A stretch of 64,000 nt of DNA from Candidatus Levyibacteriota bacterium (GTDB lineage: Bacteria > Patescibacteriota > Microgenomatia > Levybacterales > UBA12049), in contig DAIDHL010000003.1 in assembly GCA_027459745.1 (NCBI GenBank), forward strand, positions 1,125-65,124. The letters are read 5' to 3'. Positions within the stretch are counted from its first letter, which is position 1; the number at the start of each line of letters is the position of its first letter. The translations under genes and the position numbers were made by a program. Positions 20,830 to 29,463 of this stretch are shown here, piece by piece. The notes beneath the pieces are model-generated. The model was given only the letters and a program-made list of their open reading frames with translations, was not told the DNA's origin and made no database searches.

Positions 20830-20857
20830 GGTTTTACCAAATTGACCCCTTGACAAC

Positions 20858-20877
20858 ATATTAGCATATGCTAATAT
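20858..20877. promoter_or_regulatory. 20-bp perfect palindrome ATATTAGCATATGCTAATAT overlapping the arsR promoter; candidate ArsR/SmtB operator
   Basis: Perfect dyad 7 nt upstream of the arsR ATG. TTGACC and TTGACA hexamers lie at 20842-20855. Confidence 0.5.
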
Positions 20878-20883
20878 ATCTTT

Positions 20884-21150
20884 ATGACATACGATATTTA
20901 TTCAGCATTAGGAAATCAAATCAGAGCCAAACTAATTCTCTGTTTGGCCAAACAATCGAAAAATGTGACCGAGATGATCAATACTTGCGGTCTTTCTCAG
21001 TCGGCTGTATCACAACATTTAAGCAAATTAAAACAGTCAGGTATTGTCGAAGCGAAGAAAGAAGGCAAAGAAGTAATATACACGTTAAAGTACAAAAAAG
21101 CCGCAGACATCAGTAACTTATTATTATCACTAGAACAAGAAGTATTATGA
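20884..21150 (+). CDS. ArsR/SmtB family transcriptional regulator
   Basis: 88 aa with an HTH (SQSAVSQHLSKLKQSGIV). Confidence 0.75.
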   Translation: MTYDIYSALGNQIRAKLILCLAKQSKNVTEMINTCGLSQSAVSQHLSKLKQSGIVEAKKEGKEVIYTLKYKKAADISNLLLSLEQEVL

Positions 21151-21773
21151 ATTTAGCTTATTTTAGAAAAAGTACATTTGATCAACATAAAACAGTTTAT
21201 AACGTAAAAAAGGAAGCAAAGAAACTTGGTTTATCCATTATGGGAACTACCGAGTTGCCAAACAATAAAGGAACTATCCTTCAAGTATGTAATCCTTTAT
21301 GGATAGGCAATCTTATAGCAACAGATATGAACTTAATTGGACTTTTACCTTGCACTATTGCTGTTATTTCGAAAAAAGATGACGTGTTAGTCGGTGTTGG
21401 CAGCCCTGCAATATTAGGTAATATTTCACAAAGTCCGGCAATTTTACAACTTGCCATCCAAGTTGAAAAAAAATTAAAAGAACTTATTCATACATCAGCT
21501 GGAGTTGGCCCATTAAAACCGTCAGGCATCACACTTTACTCAACCACAACTTGTCCTTACTGCAAAATGGAAGCAGCCTGGCTTGATCAACGAAAAATCA
21601 AATATGAAGAAATTCATGTTGACCTAGATCAAAAAGCCGCTGAGGAGATGGTCCAAAAAACCGGTCAAATGGGTGTACCCGTTACTGCAATACAATACGC
21701 TGGCGGAGAAGAAGAATATATCGTGGGATTTGATAGACCACAATTAGCACAAATCTTGGGGGTATCACAATGA
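21147..21773 (+). CDS. DUF302 domain fused to a glutaredoxin-like (CPYC) domain
   Basis: N-terminal DUF302-like region. C-terminal part reads TTTCPYCKMEAAWLDQRKIKYEEIHVD...GVPVT...IVGFD. It overlaps arsR by 4 nt. Confidence 0.55.
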   Translation: MNLAYFRKSTFDQHKTVYNVKKEAKKLGLSIMGTTELPNNKGTILQVCNPLWIGNLIATDMNLIGLLPCTIAVISKKDDVLVGVGSPAILGNISQSPAILQLAIQVEKKLKELIHTSAGVGPLKPSGITLYSTTTCPYCKMEAAWLDQRKIKYEEIHVDLDQKAAEEMVQKTGQMGVPVTAIQYAGGEEEYIVGFDRPQLAQILGVSQ

Positions 21774-22003
21774 GTTTTGTTTGTCCTTTAATGAAACGCA
21801 ATGAAGGAACACTTGACCGCATATTACGTATTGGTGTAGGGTTCATGGCTCTATCACTCGGTTTTGCATTCTTTACTGGCATTGCTCAAATCATAGCTTA
21901 TGCCGTTGCCATTGTAGCGCTTGCTACCGGCACGGTCGGCTTTTGTGGTTTGTATGCAATTTTAGGTATTTCCACACGTCATAGTAAACAAGAAAATAAA
22001 TAA
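21770..22003 (+). CDS. DUF2892 (YgaP-like) small membrane protein
   Basis: DRILRIGVGFMALSLG...GFCGLYAILGI pattern. Overlaps the upstream gene by 4 nt. Confidence 0.5.
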   Translation: MSFVCPLMKRNEGTLDRILRIGVGFMALSLGFAFFTGIAQIIAYAVAIVALATGTVGFCGLYAILGISTRHSKQENK

Positions 22004-22004
22004 T

Positions 22005-22331
22005 ATGTTTCCGAATTTACCAAACATTTCAGCCGAAAAAGTTAAAATGGCCATTGATGCCAAAACGGATGTCCTTTTGCTTGATGTCCGAACGACCAGT
22101 GAATATGCACGAGGTAAAATTGCAGGGGCAATTAATGTACCAGTTGATGAAGTTGCAAATAAAATTGCATCCGTGCTTCCAGATAAAACGAAAACTATTT
22201 ATGTGTATTGTTTAAGTGGTTCACGAAGTGTCTTTGCAGTAGATGCAATGTTAAAACTTGGGTACAAAAATGTTTTTAATATGACAAGCGGACTTCTGGC
22301 CTGGCGCGTTAAAGGTTATACTACACAATAG
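22005..22331 (+). CDS. Single-domain rhodanese (sulfurtransferase)
   Basis: LLDVRTTSEYARGKIAGAINVP... and the active-site loop YCLSGSRS (CxxGxR). Confidence 0.8.
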   Translation: MFPNLPNISAEKVKMAIDAKTDVLLLDVRTTSEYARGKIAGAINVPVDEVANKIASVLPDKTKTIYVYCLSGSRSVFAVDAMLKLGYKNVFNMTSGLLAWRVKGYTTQ

Positions 22332-22428
22332 TTGCCTTTAAATTTCTTTAACCCAATAAAGAAAGAAAAATATTCTATATAAGATTGCTAGATTCAGTCG
22401 TAGAACGAGCATACTAAATAATGTATAA

Positions 22429-22695
22429 TCAATAACTAGTCATGCCACAACACAGAGCTGTTTTTAATGCTGCAATAAGTCTTCTTATAATAAAATGCAA
22501 TAAAAATTTTTCTCTCCTTAATGCTAATTCTTTACGATAATATGCTTCGTAGTAGATAAGTTCTAAAGGTCTGCGGTTTCTTGTTGATACTACTTCACCA
22601 TCTTGATGCTGCGATAATCTTTGCTTTAAATTAGAAGAATAACCTGTATATAGTTTCTTATCAAGATGACTACGTAGGATATATACGAAGTACAT
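22429..22695 (-). CDS. GIY-YIG nuclease family protein (small, UPF0213-like)
   Basis: YFVYILRS...KLYTGYSSNLKQRLSQH matches the GIY-YIG core. Confidence 0.6.
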   Translation of the reverse strand: MYFVYILRSHLDKKLYTGYSSNLKQRLSQHQDGEVVSTRNRRPLELIYYEAYYRKELALRREKFLLHFIIRRLIAALKTALCCGMTSY

Positions 22696-22856
22696 AGCGT
22701 TATCTTGTCATATTATTCGCTTCCTTTGACTCATTCATTTCGTCAAAGAGTGCTCCAATATGACCAATATTCGTTTACACGTACAGACTACTCAGTGCTT
22801 GCAACGAAGAAGTGCACCTTAGCGAACTGAAAGAAGCCAAGGTAAACGACTATTGG

Positions 22857-22937
22857 TGCGGATGAGAGGACTTGAACCTCCACGCCTTACGGCACAGCCA
22901 CCTCAAGACTGCGTGTATACCATTTCACCACATCCGC
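22857..22937 (-). tRNA. tRNA-Leu (anticodon GAG), type II with long variable arm
   Basis: Acceptor GCGGATG/CATCCGC, anticodon stem-loop CAGTC-TTGAGGT-GGCTG, variable arm TGCCGTAAGGCGT, T loop TTCAAGT. Confidence 0.8.
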
Positions 22938-23094
22938 GTTTAACGAATAACTAACTCTAAACTAAAGCTATGGCTATTATACGAAAAAAAACTATCAAAA
23001 GGAATATTCGAGAATATTGGGGAATTTATATGTTTTTATCTTCTAATTTTTCATTCCCATTAACCTACTTGAGCAATTTGCTATACTTTAGCTA

Positions 23095-24855
23095 ATGAAT
23101 AAAGAGTTTAAAGAGATCCTGGTAGGCATAAAACGTGCAGTTCAGTTACTGGATAAACGTGAAAAAAATAGTCTTTATCTGGCCACCGTGATTATGCTTA
23201 TGATAGGTATTCTTACTAATCTCCCTGCGGTAATTCTGGGAAAATTAGTTGATACACTTACCAATACAAAATCAATTCAGTTTAGTCAAGTAACGCCTTT
23301 CGTTATTCTAATTATTGCCATAATTATTTTCAGAGAAGCGCTCAATGTAATCAGAAAATACTTAATCGAGAATATCGCGACGCAAATTGATAAAGAACAG
23401 ACAATTAATCTCATAAGCAGGCTCCTCAAAACAGATATTAAAGACTTTTTACAACACCAACAGATAGGATCATTACATGGAAGAATTTTTCGCTCGATGC
23501 AGGGACTTATCTGGATTATTAAACTTACTTTCAATGACTTTGCACCTATCTTCTTTAGCGCGATTGCCGCAATTGTGATCGCTTTATATCAGAAACCTCT
23601 TATCGCCACCATCATGGTGTTGGTCATCCCTAGCGGACTATACCTTATAGTCAAACAGGTATCTTCACAAAAAGGTATCAGAGTTGCGCTATTACGCGGG
23701 AAAGAAAAAGTTGATGGCAAGGTAGTAGAAATGCTGTCTGGAATAGAAACTATTCGAGTTTTAGATACAGTAGATTATGAAATGCAAAAAGTTGAGACAA
23801 TTGCAGAGAATCAAAGAAGAATTGAAATAAAGCACCATATTTATATGGCCTTATTTGATGCAGCAAAATATTTAAATGAAGGTTTTTTCTACATAGTTGT
23901 AGTTGTGCTATCAATTTATCTTGCATCTATAGGCATTATCACCAAAGGTGACATTCTAGTTTATTCAATTTTATTCTTAAGTATTACGAGTCCTCTACGT
24001 GAAATACATCGTATTCTGGATCAAACTCATGAAAATTCCATTCGTGTAAATGACCTCTACGCCTTACTTCATGAACCACTTGACATAGCTTACCAAACAG
24101 AAAGTACTAAGCATTTAAAAGAAATTTCATCAATTGTAAAAACAAAAGATCTGTCCTTCTCTTATGGGAACAATACCTGTGGCCTGCTGGATAAAATAAA
24201 CATTAACTTTGAGAAGGGACAACGAATTGGTATCGCAGGAGCATCCGGCTGCGGAAAAACTACTTTTATTCATATTCTACTCAAGCTTATACATGGATAT
24301 CAGGGTGAAGTTTGGTTGTTGGGAGAAAACTTAACTGAGATAGGAAGAAAACAGATTGCTGAAAAAGTTGCATACGTACCTCAGAGTCCTTTTATTTTCT
24401 CTGGTACGATTAGAGAGAATTTAACATACGGCATCGAAAGAAAATTAACTGACGAAGAAATTATTTATGCTGCCAAACAAGCTCATATTTACGATGAAAT
24501 TGTAAATAACCTCGATGGTCTCTCCGGCAAAGTCAGTGAGGCGGGAGGCAATTTGAGTGGGGGACAACGCCAGAGACTGGCTATTGCTAGAGTAATGCTT
24601 TCTCAAGCCGATTTGTTAATTTTTGATGAAGCCACTTCAGCTTTGGATAATACCAATGAAGCAATTATCCAACAAAATATTGAAAAGGAATTCAAAGGAA
24701 AAACTATTATAACTATTGCGCACAGACTAACCACTTTAAAAAATTCGGATAATATATTGGTTTTTGACAAAGGAAAAATTGTTCAAGAAGGAACTTTTAA
24801 AACACTTTCACAAACAAAAGGTCTATTCCAAGACTTCTTAGAACAGAAAACTTAG
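23095..24855 (+). CDS. ABC transporter, fused permease/ATP-binding exporter (type I exporter)
   Basis: 6 TM, Walker A GASGCGKTT, signature LSGGQRQRLAIARV, Walker B LLIFDEATSALD. Confidence 0.85.
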   Translation: MNKEFKEILVGIKRAVQLLDKREKNSLYLATVIMLMIGILTNLPAVILGKLVDTLTNTKSIQFSQVTPFVILIIAIIIFREALNVIRKYLIENIATQIDKEQTINLISRLLKTDIKDFLQHQQIGSLHGRIFRSMQGLIWIIKLTFNDFAPIFFSAIAAIVIALYQKPLIATIMVLVIPSGLYLIVKQVSSQKGIRVALLRGKEKVDGKVVEMLSGIETIRVLDTVDYEMQKVETIAENQRRIEIKHHIYMALFDAAKYLNEGFFYIVVVVLSIYLASIGIITKGDILVYSILFLSITSPLREIHRILDQTHENSIRVNDLYALLHEPLDIAYQTESTKHLKEISSIVKTKDLSFSYGNNTCGLLDKININFEKGQRIGIAGASGCGKTTFIHILLKLIHGYQGEVWLLGENLTEIGRKQIAEKVAYVPQSPFIFSGTIRENLTYGIERKLTDEEIIYAAKQAHIYDEIVNNLDGLSGKVSEAGGNLSGGQRQRLAIARVMLSQADLLIFDEATSALDNTNEAIIQQNIEKEFKGKTIITIAHRLTTLKNSDNILVFDKGKIVQEGTFKTLSQTKGLFQDFLEQKT

Positions 24856-24968
24856 AGCGTAAGATAAGGTTTAATCTCACCTTTATTTATCTCAAAAGTT
24901 TTAACAATACCATTGTAATCACATTTTTTATAAGAATTTAATATTACATTCCTATTCTGACAAGGCAT

Positions 24969-24997
24969 TTGACACATTTAGCGTCTTATAGTATAAT
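24969..24997 (+). promoter_or_regulatory. Consensus sigma-70 promoter TTGACA-17-TATAAT, 6 nt before the ATG (leaderless transcript)
   Basis: TTGACA at 24969-74 and TATAAT at 24992-97; the start codon is at 25004. Confidence 0.5.
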
Positions 24998-25003
24998 TTT
25001 CGA

Positions 25004-25972
25004 ATGACTGAAGTAAATTTTCAAATGCAACTATCTCCGGCAGATCTACAATGGCAAGCGTTACACAAGGTTGCAGATATTGTAGGAATTACAACTGAAC
25101 AATTTAAAAGGCAATATCCTCCTCAACGCCTTAGAAATCTTCATCGGGCCTCTCATACACCAAATGATCAGACACTAGGAGATTACACCGCTATCATTCC
25201 TACTTCAGCAACCGCTCGTGAAAAAGCTGAAAAAAACCAAACCCTAGGCCAACGACTGGATGGAGTAGTACCTGATGCTTATGGGCAATTTGCATCTTTT
25301 GGTATCCATTTTCCTACAATATTAGATGCAGTAGCCAACTATAGTAAAATCATACCTGAACAAAAGGATAACCCTGATGTACTCGTTGCCGGAGCCTTGA
25401 CGGCTGACACAGTATCTGAAGCTTATGCGATAGCTCAACATTGTTATCCTAAATTAAATTTTAACGTTGTAGACAAAAGTGGCATAATGACTAAAGAACG
25501 CGCTAATTTAGTCGGCAAATTCCATGAAGGAGACTTATTAGACCTGCCATTTGAGGCTAGTTCTTATGATATCGTTATGGGAGATTTTATTTTATCCCAA
25601 TTAAGATCAGCAAATCGCTCTGTTTCTCTGCAGCAAAGAATCTATAGATTCTTTATTAATATCTCAAGAATTTTACGACCTGGTGGAGCTATAATTCTAA
25701 CTGAGGAGGCTATTCCATTAGAAATAATTGAATCTTTTTTAAACGAAGATCGAAGTATAGGAGCAGATATATATCGCGAATTAGTACATCTTTATCATCA
25801 AAAAATTAAAGATTTAATTCAGCCTTTTGGTTTAAGACTATTTATTGGAAAAGGTAAGTCAATACGAAGACAACACTTAGCAGACGTAATGGTAGGAAAT
25901 TCTTGGAATATTCCAAAAGATCGAATAAAAACTGAAGACCAACAAATTGGTTTACTGGCAATCAAGGGCTAA
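25004..25972 (+). CDS. Class I SAM-dependent methyltransferase-fold protein (degenerate Gly loop)
   Basis: VLVAGALTADT (motif I-like), VVDKS, GDLLDLPFEASSYDIVMG (motif II-like), LRPGGAIIL (motif III). Confidence 0.45.
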   Translation: MTEVNFQMQLSPADLQWQALHKVADIVGITTEQFKRQYPPQRLRNLHRASHTPNDQTLGDYTAIIPTSATAREKAEKNQTLGQRLDGVVPDAYGQFASFGIHFPTILDAVANYSKIIPEQKDNPDVLVAGALTADTVSEAYAIAQHCYPKLNFNVVDKSGIMTKERANLVGKFHEGDLLDLPFEASSYDIVMGDFILSQLRSANRSVSLQQRIYRFFINISRILRPGGAIILTEEAIPLEIIESFLNEDRSIGADIYRELVHLYHQKIKDLIQPFGLRLFIGKGKSIRRQHLADVMVGNSWNIPKDRIKTEDQQIGLLAIKG

Positions 25973-26013
25973 TTCATTACTATAGAAAAAGAACTAAAAC
26001 CTAACTTCTCTAG

Positions 26014-26094
26014 TGCGGATGAGAGGACTTGAACCTCCATGCCTTACGGCACAGCGTCCTGAACACTGCGTGTATACCATTTCACCACATCCGC
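26014..26094 (-). tRNA. tRNA-Leu (anticodon CAG), type II
   Basis: Near-identical backbone to tRNA-Leu(GAG); anticodon loop TTCAGGA. Confidence 0.8.
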
Positions 26095-26211
26095 CTGTTG
26101 TCTACTGTCATCAATTATACCATCGTATTCAGTCGAATGAAACCTGATTCATGCCTGTCAACTTGACAACAGTTGCTCCAGTTCTACATAATGAAAGATA
26201 GCGCATACATG

Positions 26212-26790
26212 AATAAACTGTCCCTGGTTTTCAGCTATTTCATCATTACCCCCGCTATCATTTTTTTGGCGCTGATTTTTACTCTCTTTATTGACTATCA
26301 ACATGGCCCCAAAGCTACCACCTTTCCCGTGACACCCCAATCTACCGCTTATGCAGCTCTGCCAGCTACCGACAATTCGGATAATATTCAAACCAGCATT
26401 GCTACTGCCGACGGCAGGGTAGAAATTATTCGAGAATTCCTGGCTCAATATAACTCGCCACTTGAGCCTTATGCAAGCGACATAGTTGCCGCCTCTGATG
26501 CCTATAAAATAGACTACCGCTTAATTCCAGCTATAGCCATGCAAGAATCTCATCTTTGTAAGATTATTCCCGTCGACTCCTACAATTGCTACGGCTATGG
26601 CATCTACACTGGGCATGTGACTAGATTTCCAGATTATCCAACTGGCATCTGGCAGGTAGCCAAGACCCTTGGCACTAAATATAAAGACGATGGCTTGACT
26701 ACACCTACAGAAATTATGACTCATTGGACACCTTCAAGTAACGGTAGCTGGGCTCACGGTGTACAAACATTCATGGACAAGCTGCAATAG
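26212..26790 (+). CDS. Secreted/membrane-anchored protein with lysozyme-like (Rpf/transglycosylase-like) motif; paralog 1
   Basis: AMQESHLC...NCYGYGIY resembles the Rpf/SLT pattern (C/Q)ES...N.YGG. It is a paralog of the 27047 gene. Promoter TTGACA(26163)-18-CATAAT. Confidence 0.4.
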   Translation, partial: NKLSLVFSYFIITPAIIFLALIFTLFIDYQHGPKATTFPVTPQSTAYAALPATDNSDNIQTSIATADGRVEIIREFLAQYNSPLEPYASDIVAASDAYKIDYRLIPAIAMQESHLCKIIPVDSYNCYGYGIYTGHVTRFPDYPTGIWQVAKTLGTKYKDDGLTTPTEIMTHWTPSSNGSWAHGVQTFMDKLQ

Positions 26791-26953
26791 TAGAGAGGTG
26801 AGGATAAGATAAGCATAAAATCCTCAGTTTTCTTGTTTTTTAACCACATTTTAAGCCCACAAACACCAGCATTAAAAACTTCTAATACGCCACGCATGTT
26901 TATGGGATGAGTAATATTAGCCTTAAATTAACCCTTTACCTATAGTAAAACCC

Positions 26954-26982
26954 TTGACAAACCTATAGTGACATGATAATAT
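26954..26982 (+). promoter_or_regulatory. Sigma-70 promoter TTGACA-17-(TGn)TAATAT
   Basis: TTGACA at 26954-59 and an extended -10 TGATAATAT ending at 26982, followed by a hairpin GGGACTT..AAGTCCC in the 5'UTR. Confidence 0.45.
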
Positions 26983-27046
26983 CCCCCATAGTAGGGAAGG
27001 GCTGGGACTTCCAAGTCCCGGCTCGCCCTAACTTTGCTTCCCAATT

Positions 27047-27607
27047 ATGAGAAACAAGGTAAGTGTGTTTCTCATCGCAACCTTCCTCCTGGCGATGAGA
27101 TTCCCTCTAGAAGCATTCGCTTCAAATGACGCATCAGGCTCTTCTGCAACCCTCGCAATCGCAACTGTTTCAGCACAACAGGTTGTGGATTATCGTGGTC
27201 AAGCCCTAAAAAGCTATCTTGAGCTTAAAAACTCTCCTTTAGCCAGTGAGGCTGATTACATCATTCAGGAAGCTGACAAATATAATTTGGACTGGAAATT
27301 AGTCCCTTCTATTGCTGGTTTGGAATCAAGCTATTGTTTGGCAATCCCGATAAACTCATACAATTGCTACGGTTATGGCATCTATGGAAACAACGTGCGC
27401 TACTTCAATTCTTGGGAAGATGGTATTGCCACAGTTTCCGCTGCCTTAAAAACCAACTATATAGATAAAGGCGCCATAACGGTAGCTCAGATCGGCAGTA
27501 TATATGCTGCCTCACCTACCTGGGCAGTAAGAGTGGAAGCCAATATGAAAAATCTTCAGGACTACTCAACGACGTTTGAGACAGAATCCCTTCCAATTTC
27601 CCTCTAA
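27047..27607 (+). CDS. Secreted protein with lysozyme-like (Rpf/transglycosylase-like) motif; paralog 2
   Basis: AGLESSYC...NCYGYGIY. Signal peptide MRNKVSVFLIATFLLAM. Confidence 0.4.
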   Translation: MRNKVSVFLIATFLLAMRFPLEAFASNDASGSSATLAIATVSAQQVVDYRGQALKSYLELKNSPLASEADYIIQEADKYNLDWKLVPSIAGLESSYCLAIPINSYNCYGYGIYGNNVRYFNSWEDGIATVSAALKTNYIDKGAITVAQIGSIYAASPTWAVRVEANMKNLQDYSTTFETESLPISL

Positions 27608-27647
27608 TCATAGTATAATTCACCTATAAATAAGTGCGGCAGGCCAA

Positions 27648-27728
27648 GCGGACGTGGTGGAATGGTAGACACGCAAGGTTTAGGACCTTGTGCCGTAAGG
27701 CGTGGGGGTTCAACTCCCTTCGTCCGCA
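27648..27728 (+). tRNA. tRNA-Leu (anticodon TAG), type II
   Basis: Acceptor GCGGACG/CGTCCGC, anticodon stem-loop CAAGG-TTTAGGA-CCTTG, variable arm TGCCGTAAGGCGT. Confidence 0.8.
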
Positions 27729-27763
27729 CAAAACTTAAAAAGTAAACGCGTTTATATATATTT

Positions 27764-28612
27764 ATGGCTAATACAAAGACAGAAAAGAAATCAATTATTA
27801 AAAGAGAGGACAATGGTAATATAGTTCTAACAGTAGAAATCCCCTGGGAGACTGTCCAGAAGGCCCAGGATGCTGTAGTAGAGGGTTTGGTAAAGCATGC
27901 CAATATCCAAGGCTTTCGACCTGGCAAAGCACCTAAAAAGGTGGTATTAGAGCACACAGACTCTCAGAAGCTGCAAGAAGAAACTTTAAGAGAACTTTTA
28001 CCAGCTGCATATAGTGAAGCTATACGTGAACACGAGGTGCGTCCTATGTCCAATCCCCAAATCCATGTGGATAAACTAGAACATGGTAAAGCATGGATCT
28101 TTACAGCCACTACTTGTGAAATGCCTGAAGTTAAATTGGGCGACTATAAAGACAAAGTTAAAAGTCTAACTGCTAAAAGCAAAATAGCCGTGCCTGGTAA
28201 AGAGCAAAAAGAACCATCTTTTGATGAAATGATGGAAATAGTCACACAGACAGCAGAAGTCAAAATACCACAAATGCTAGTCGAACAAGAAGTAGATCGT
28301 TTTTTGGCTCAAACTTTGGATGAAATTAAGCGTTTGGGATTAACCTTAGAGCAATATCTATCTTCTACCAAAAAGACGCCTGAGCTGCTTAAACAGGAAT
28401 ATACAGCTAAGGCTACAAACGATATAAAGGTGGAATTGGTGCTACAAAAGATTTCGGAAGATGAGAACATCACGGTAGATGACAAAGAAATCGAAGAGGC
28501 AGTTAACAAGGCTAAATCCCCAGAAGAAAAGGCTTATTTGGAGCAAAATCGCTATATGCTAGCGAGTATCCTAAGACAACAAAAGACGCTTGATTTTTTG
28601 AAGAATCTATGA
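27764..28612 (+). CDS. tig: Trigger factor, short form lacking a PPIase domain
   Basis: N-terminal ribosome-binding domain with the GFRPGKAP signature. At 282 aa it is consistent with a minimal trigger factor. Confidence 0.65.
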   Translation: MANTKTEKKSIIKREDNGNIVLTVEIPWETVQKAQDAVVEGLVKHANIQGFRPGKAPKKVVLEHTDSQKLQEETLRELLPAAYSEAIREHEVRPMSNPQIHVDKLEHGKAWIFTATTCEMPEVKLGDYKDKVKSLTAKSKIAVPGKEQKEPSFDEMMEIVTQTAEVKIPQMLVEQEVDRFLAQTLDEIKRLGLTLEQYLSSTKKTPELLKQEYTAKATNDIKVELVLQKISEDENITVDDKEIEEAVNKAKSPEEKAYLEQNRYMLASILRQQKTLDFLKNL

Positions 28613-28628
28613 TACTCTCGGCCTTATC

Positions 28629-29312
28629 ATGGCTTCCAAGAAGAACAAACATCAAGTAAAGAATCCTCTGGAATTGGAAGAAAGCTCTTCTGATTCGATA
28701 TTACGCGGTTTAAGTGAAGAAACTAAACAATGGAGTAAGGGTTTTCTAGAACAGATTATAGGCTCAGAGGAAATTACTTCTCATCCCAAATCGGGTGATT
28801 TACAACCAGGTCAAGAATTGCACCTTGGCAAGAGTAAAGCTACCATCAAACAAGAAAATTCATGGACTGACTTTTTGTTTGGCAATGGCGGCGAACAATC
28901 AGCCAAAGAAGCAAAACATAAGAAAGAAGCTGCTCCTGGGATGGATTATCATCGCGAAATTGCGACTGTAGAGTCACGCATGCATGCCAAAGAAAAAGGA
29001 GAGCTCAAGCAAGCTATTCAGGAAATCCAGATGGAACTACAAAAGTTAGTTGCATCATCCAGTATGCTGCAAGTTGAATTTAGCCAAGTCAGTATGTCAC
29101 AAGCACCTAAAGACCCGGGTAAATACCACGTTAATTTCTTCCAGTGGGTATTGACTGTTATTAGACAGGCTCGCATGAAAGTAGAAGATGCTGGCGCATG
29201 GCAGGCAGCTATCAAAGGTAAAAAGAAAAACGGATTCTGGCAAAGAGCCAAAAACGAAGGTACAACTTTCTTATTGCATCATGACCGCAATGTGGCCACA
29301 CAGGCTGGATAA
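28629..29312 (+). CDS. Hypothetical protein
   Basis: 227-aa ORF with no recognisable motif. Confidence 0.4.
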   Translation: MASKKNKHQVKNPLELEESSSDSILRGLSEETKQWSKGFLEQIIGSEEITSHPKSGDLQPGQELHLGKSKATIKQENSWTDFLFGNGGEQSAKEAKHKKEAAPGMDYHREIATVESRMHAKEKGELKQAIQEIQMELQKLVASSSMLQVEFSQVSMSQAPKDPGKYHVNFFQWVLTVIRQARMKVEDAGAWQAAIKGKKKNGFWQRAKNEGTTFLLHHDRNVATQAG

Positions 29313-29326
29313 AATTAATTTAGTTC

Positions 29327-29356
29327 TTGCATTTTCAAATAAAATACGACTATAAT
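29327..29356 (+). promoter_or_regulatory. Promoter TTGCAT-18-TATAAT driving the ilv leader (leaderless)
   Basis: TATAAT at 29351-56 lies 6 nt before the leader ATG at 29363. Confidence 0.45.
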
Positions 29357-29362
29357 AATCAC

Positions 29363-29410
29363 ATGATAAGAAATCAAAACGTTATTATTGCTCTCATTAT
29401 TACCCGTTAA
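29363..29410 (+). CDS. ilv leader peptide MIRNQNVIIALIITR (15 aa; Ile/Val/Leu-rich)
   Basis: The run of cognate codons is GTT ATT ATT GCT CTC ATT ATT, and the stop sits 31 nt before an intrinsic terminator. Confidence 0.55.
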   Translation: MIRNQNVIIALIITR

Positions 29411-29441
29411 CGCGGTGTATTTGTGTTGAGCAAAACAAGTA

Positions 29442-29463
29442 CCCCGCCAAGCGGGGTTTTTTT
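29442..29463 (+). terminator. Attenuator terminator CCCCGC-CAA-GCGGGG + T7
   Basis: Perfect 6-bp GC stem followed by seven T residues, 12 nt upstream of the ilvB ATG. Confidence 0.6.

Noticed and set aside
20868-21116. 82-aa ORF overlapping arsR in another frame
   Set aside because: The arsR frame gives a clean HTH regulator, and the alternative frame is Arg/Ser-rich nonsense.
26989-27046. c-di-AMP (ydaO-type) riboswitch upstream of the cell-wall-hydrolase-like gene
   Set aside because: The 5'UTR is only ~58 nt with a single hairpin, too short for the ydaO architecture.
27604-27957. 117-aa minus-strand ORF
   Set aside because: It overlaps tRNA-Leu(TAG) and the 5' end of tig on the opposite strand, so it is a shadow ORF.
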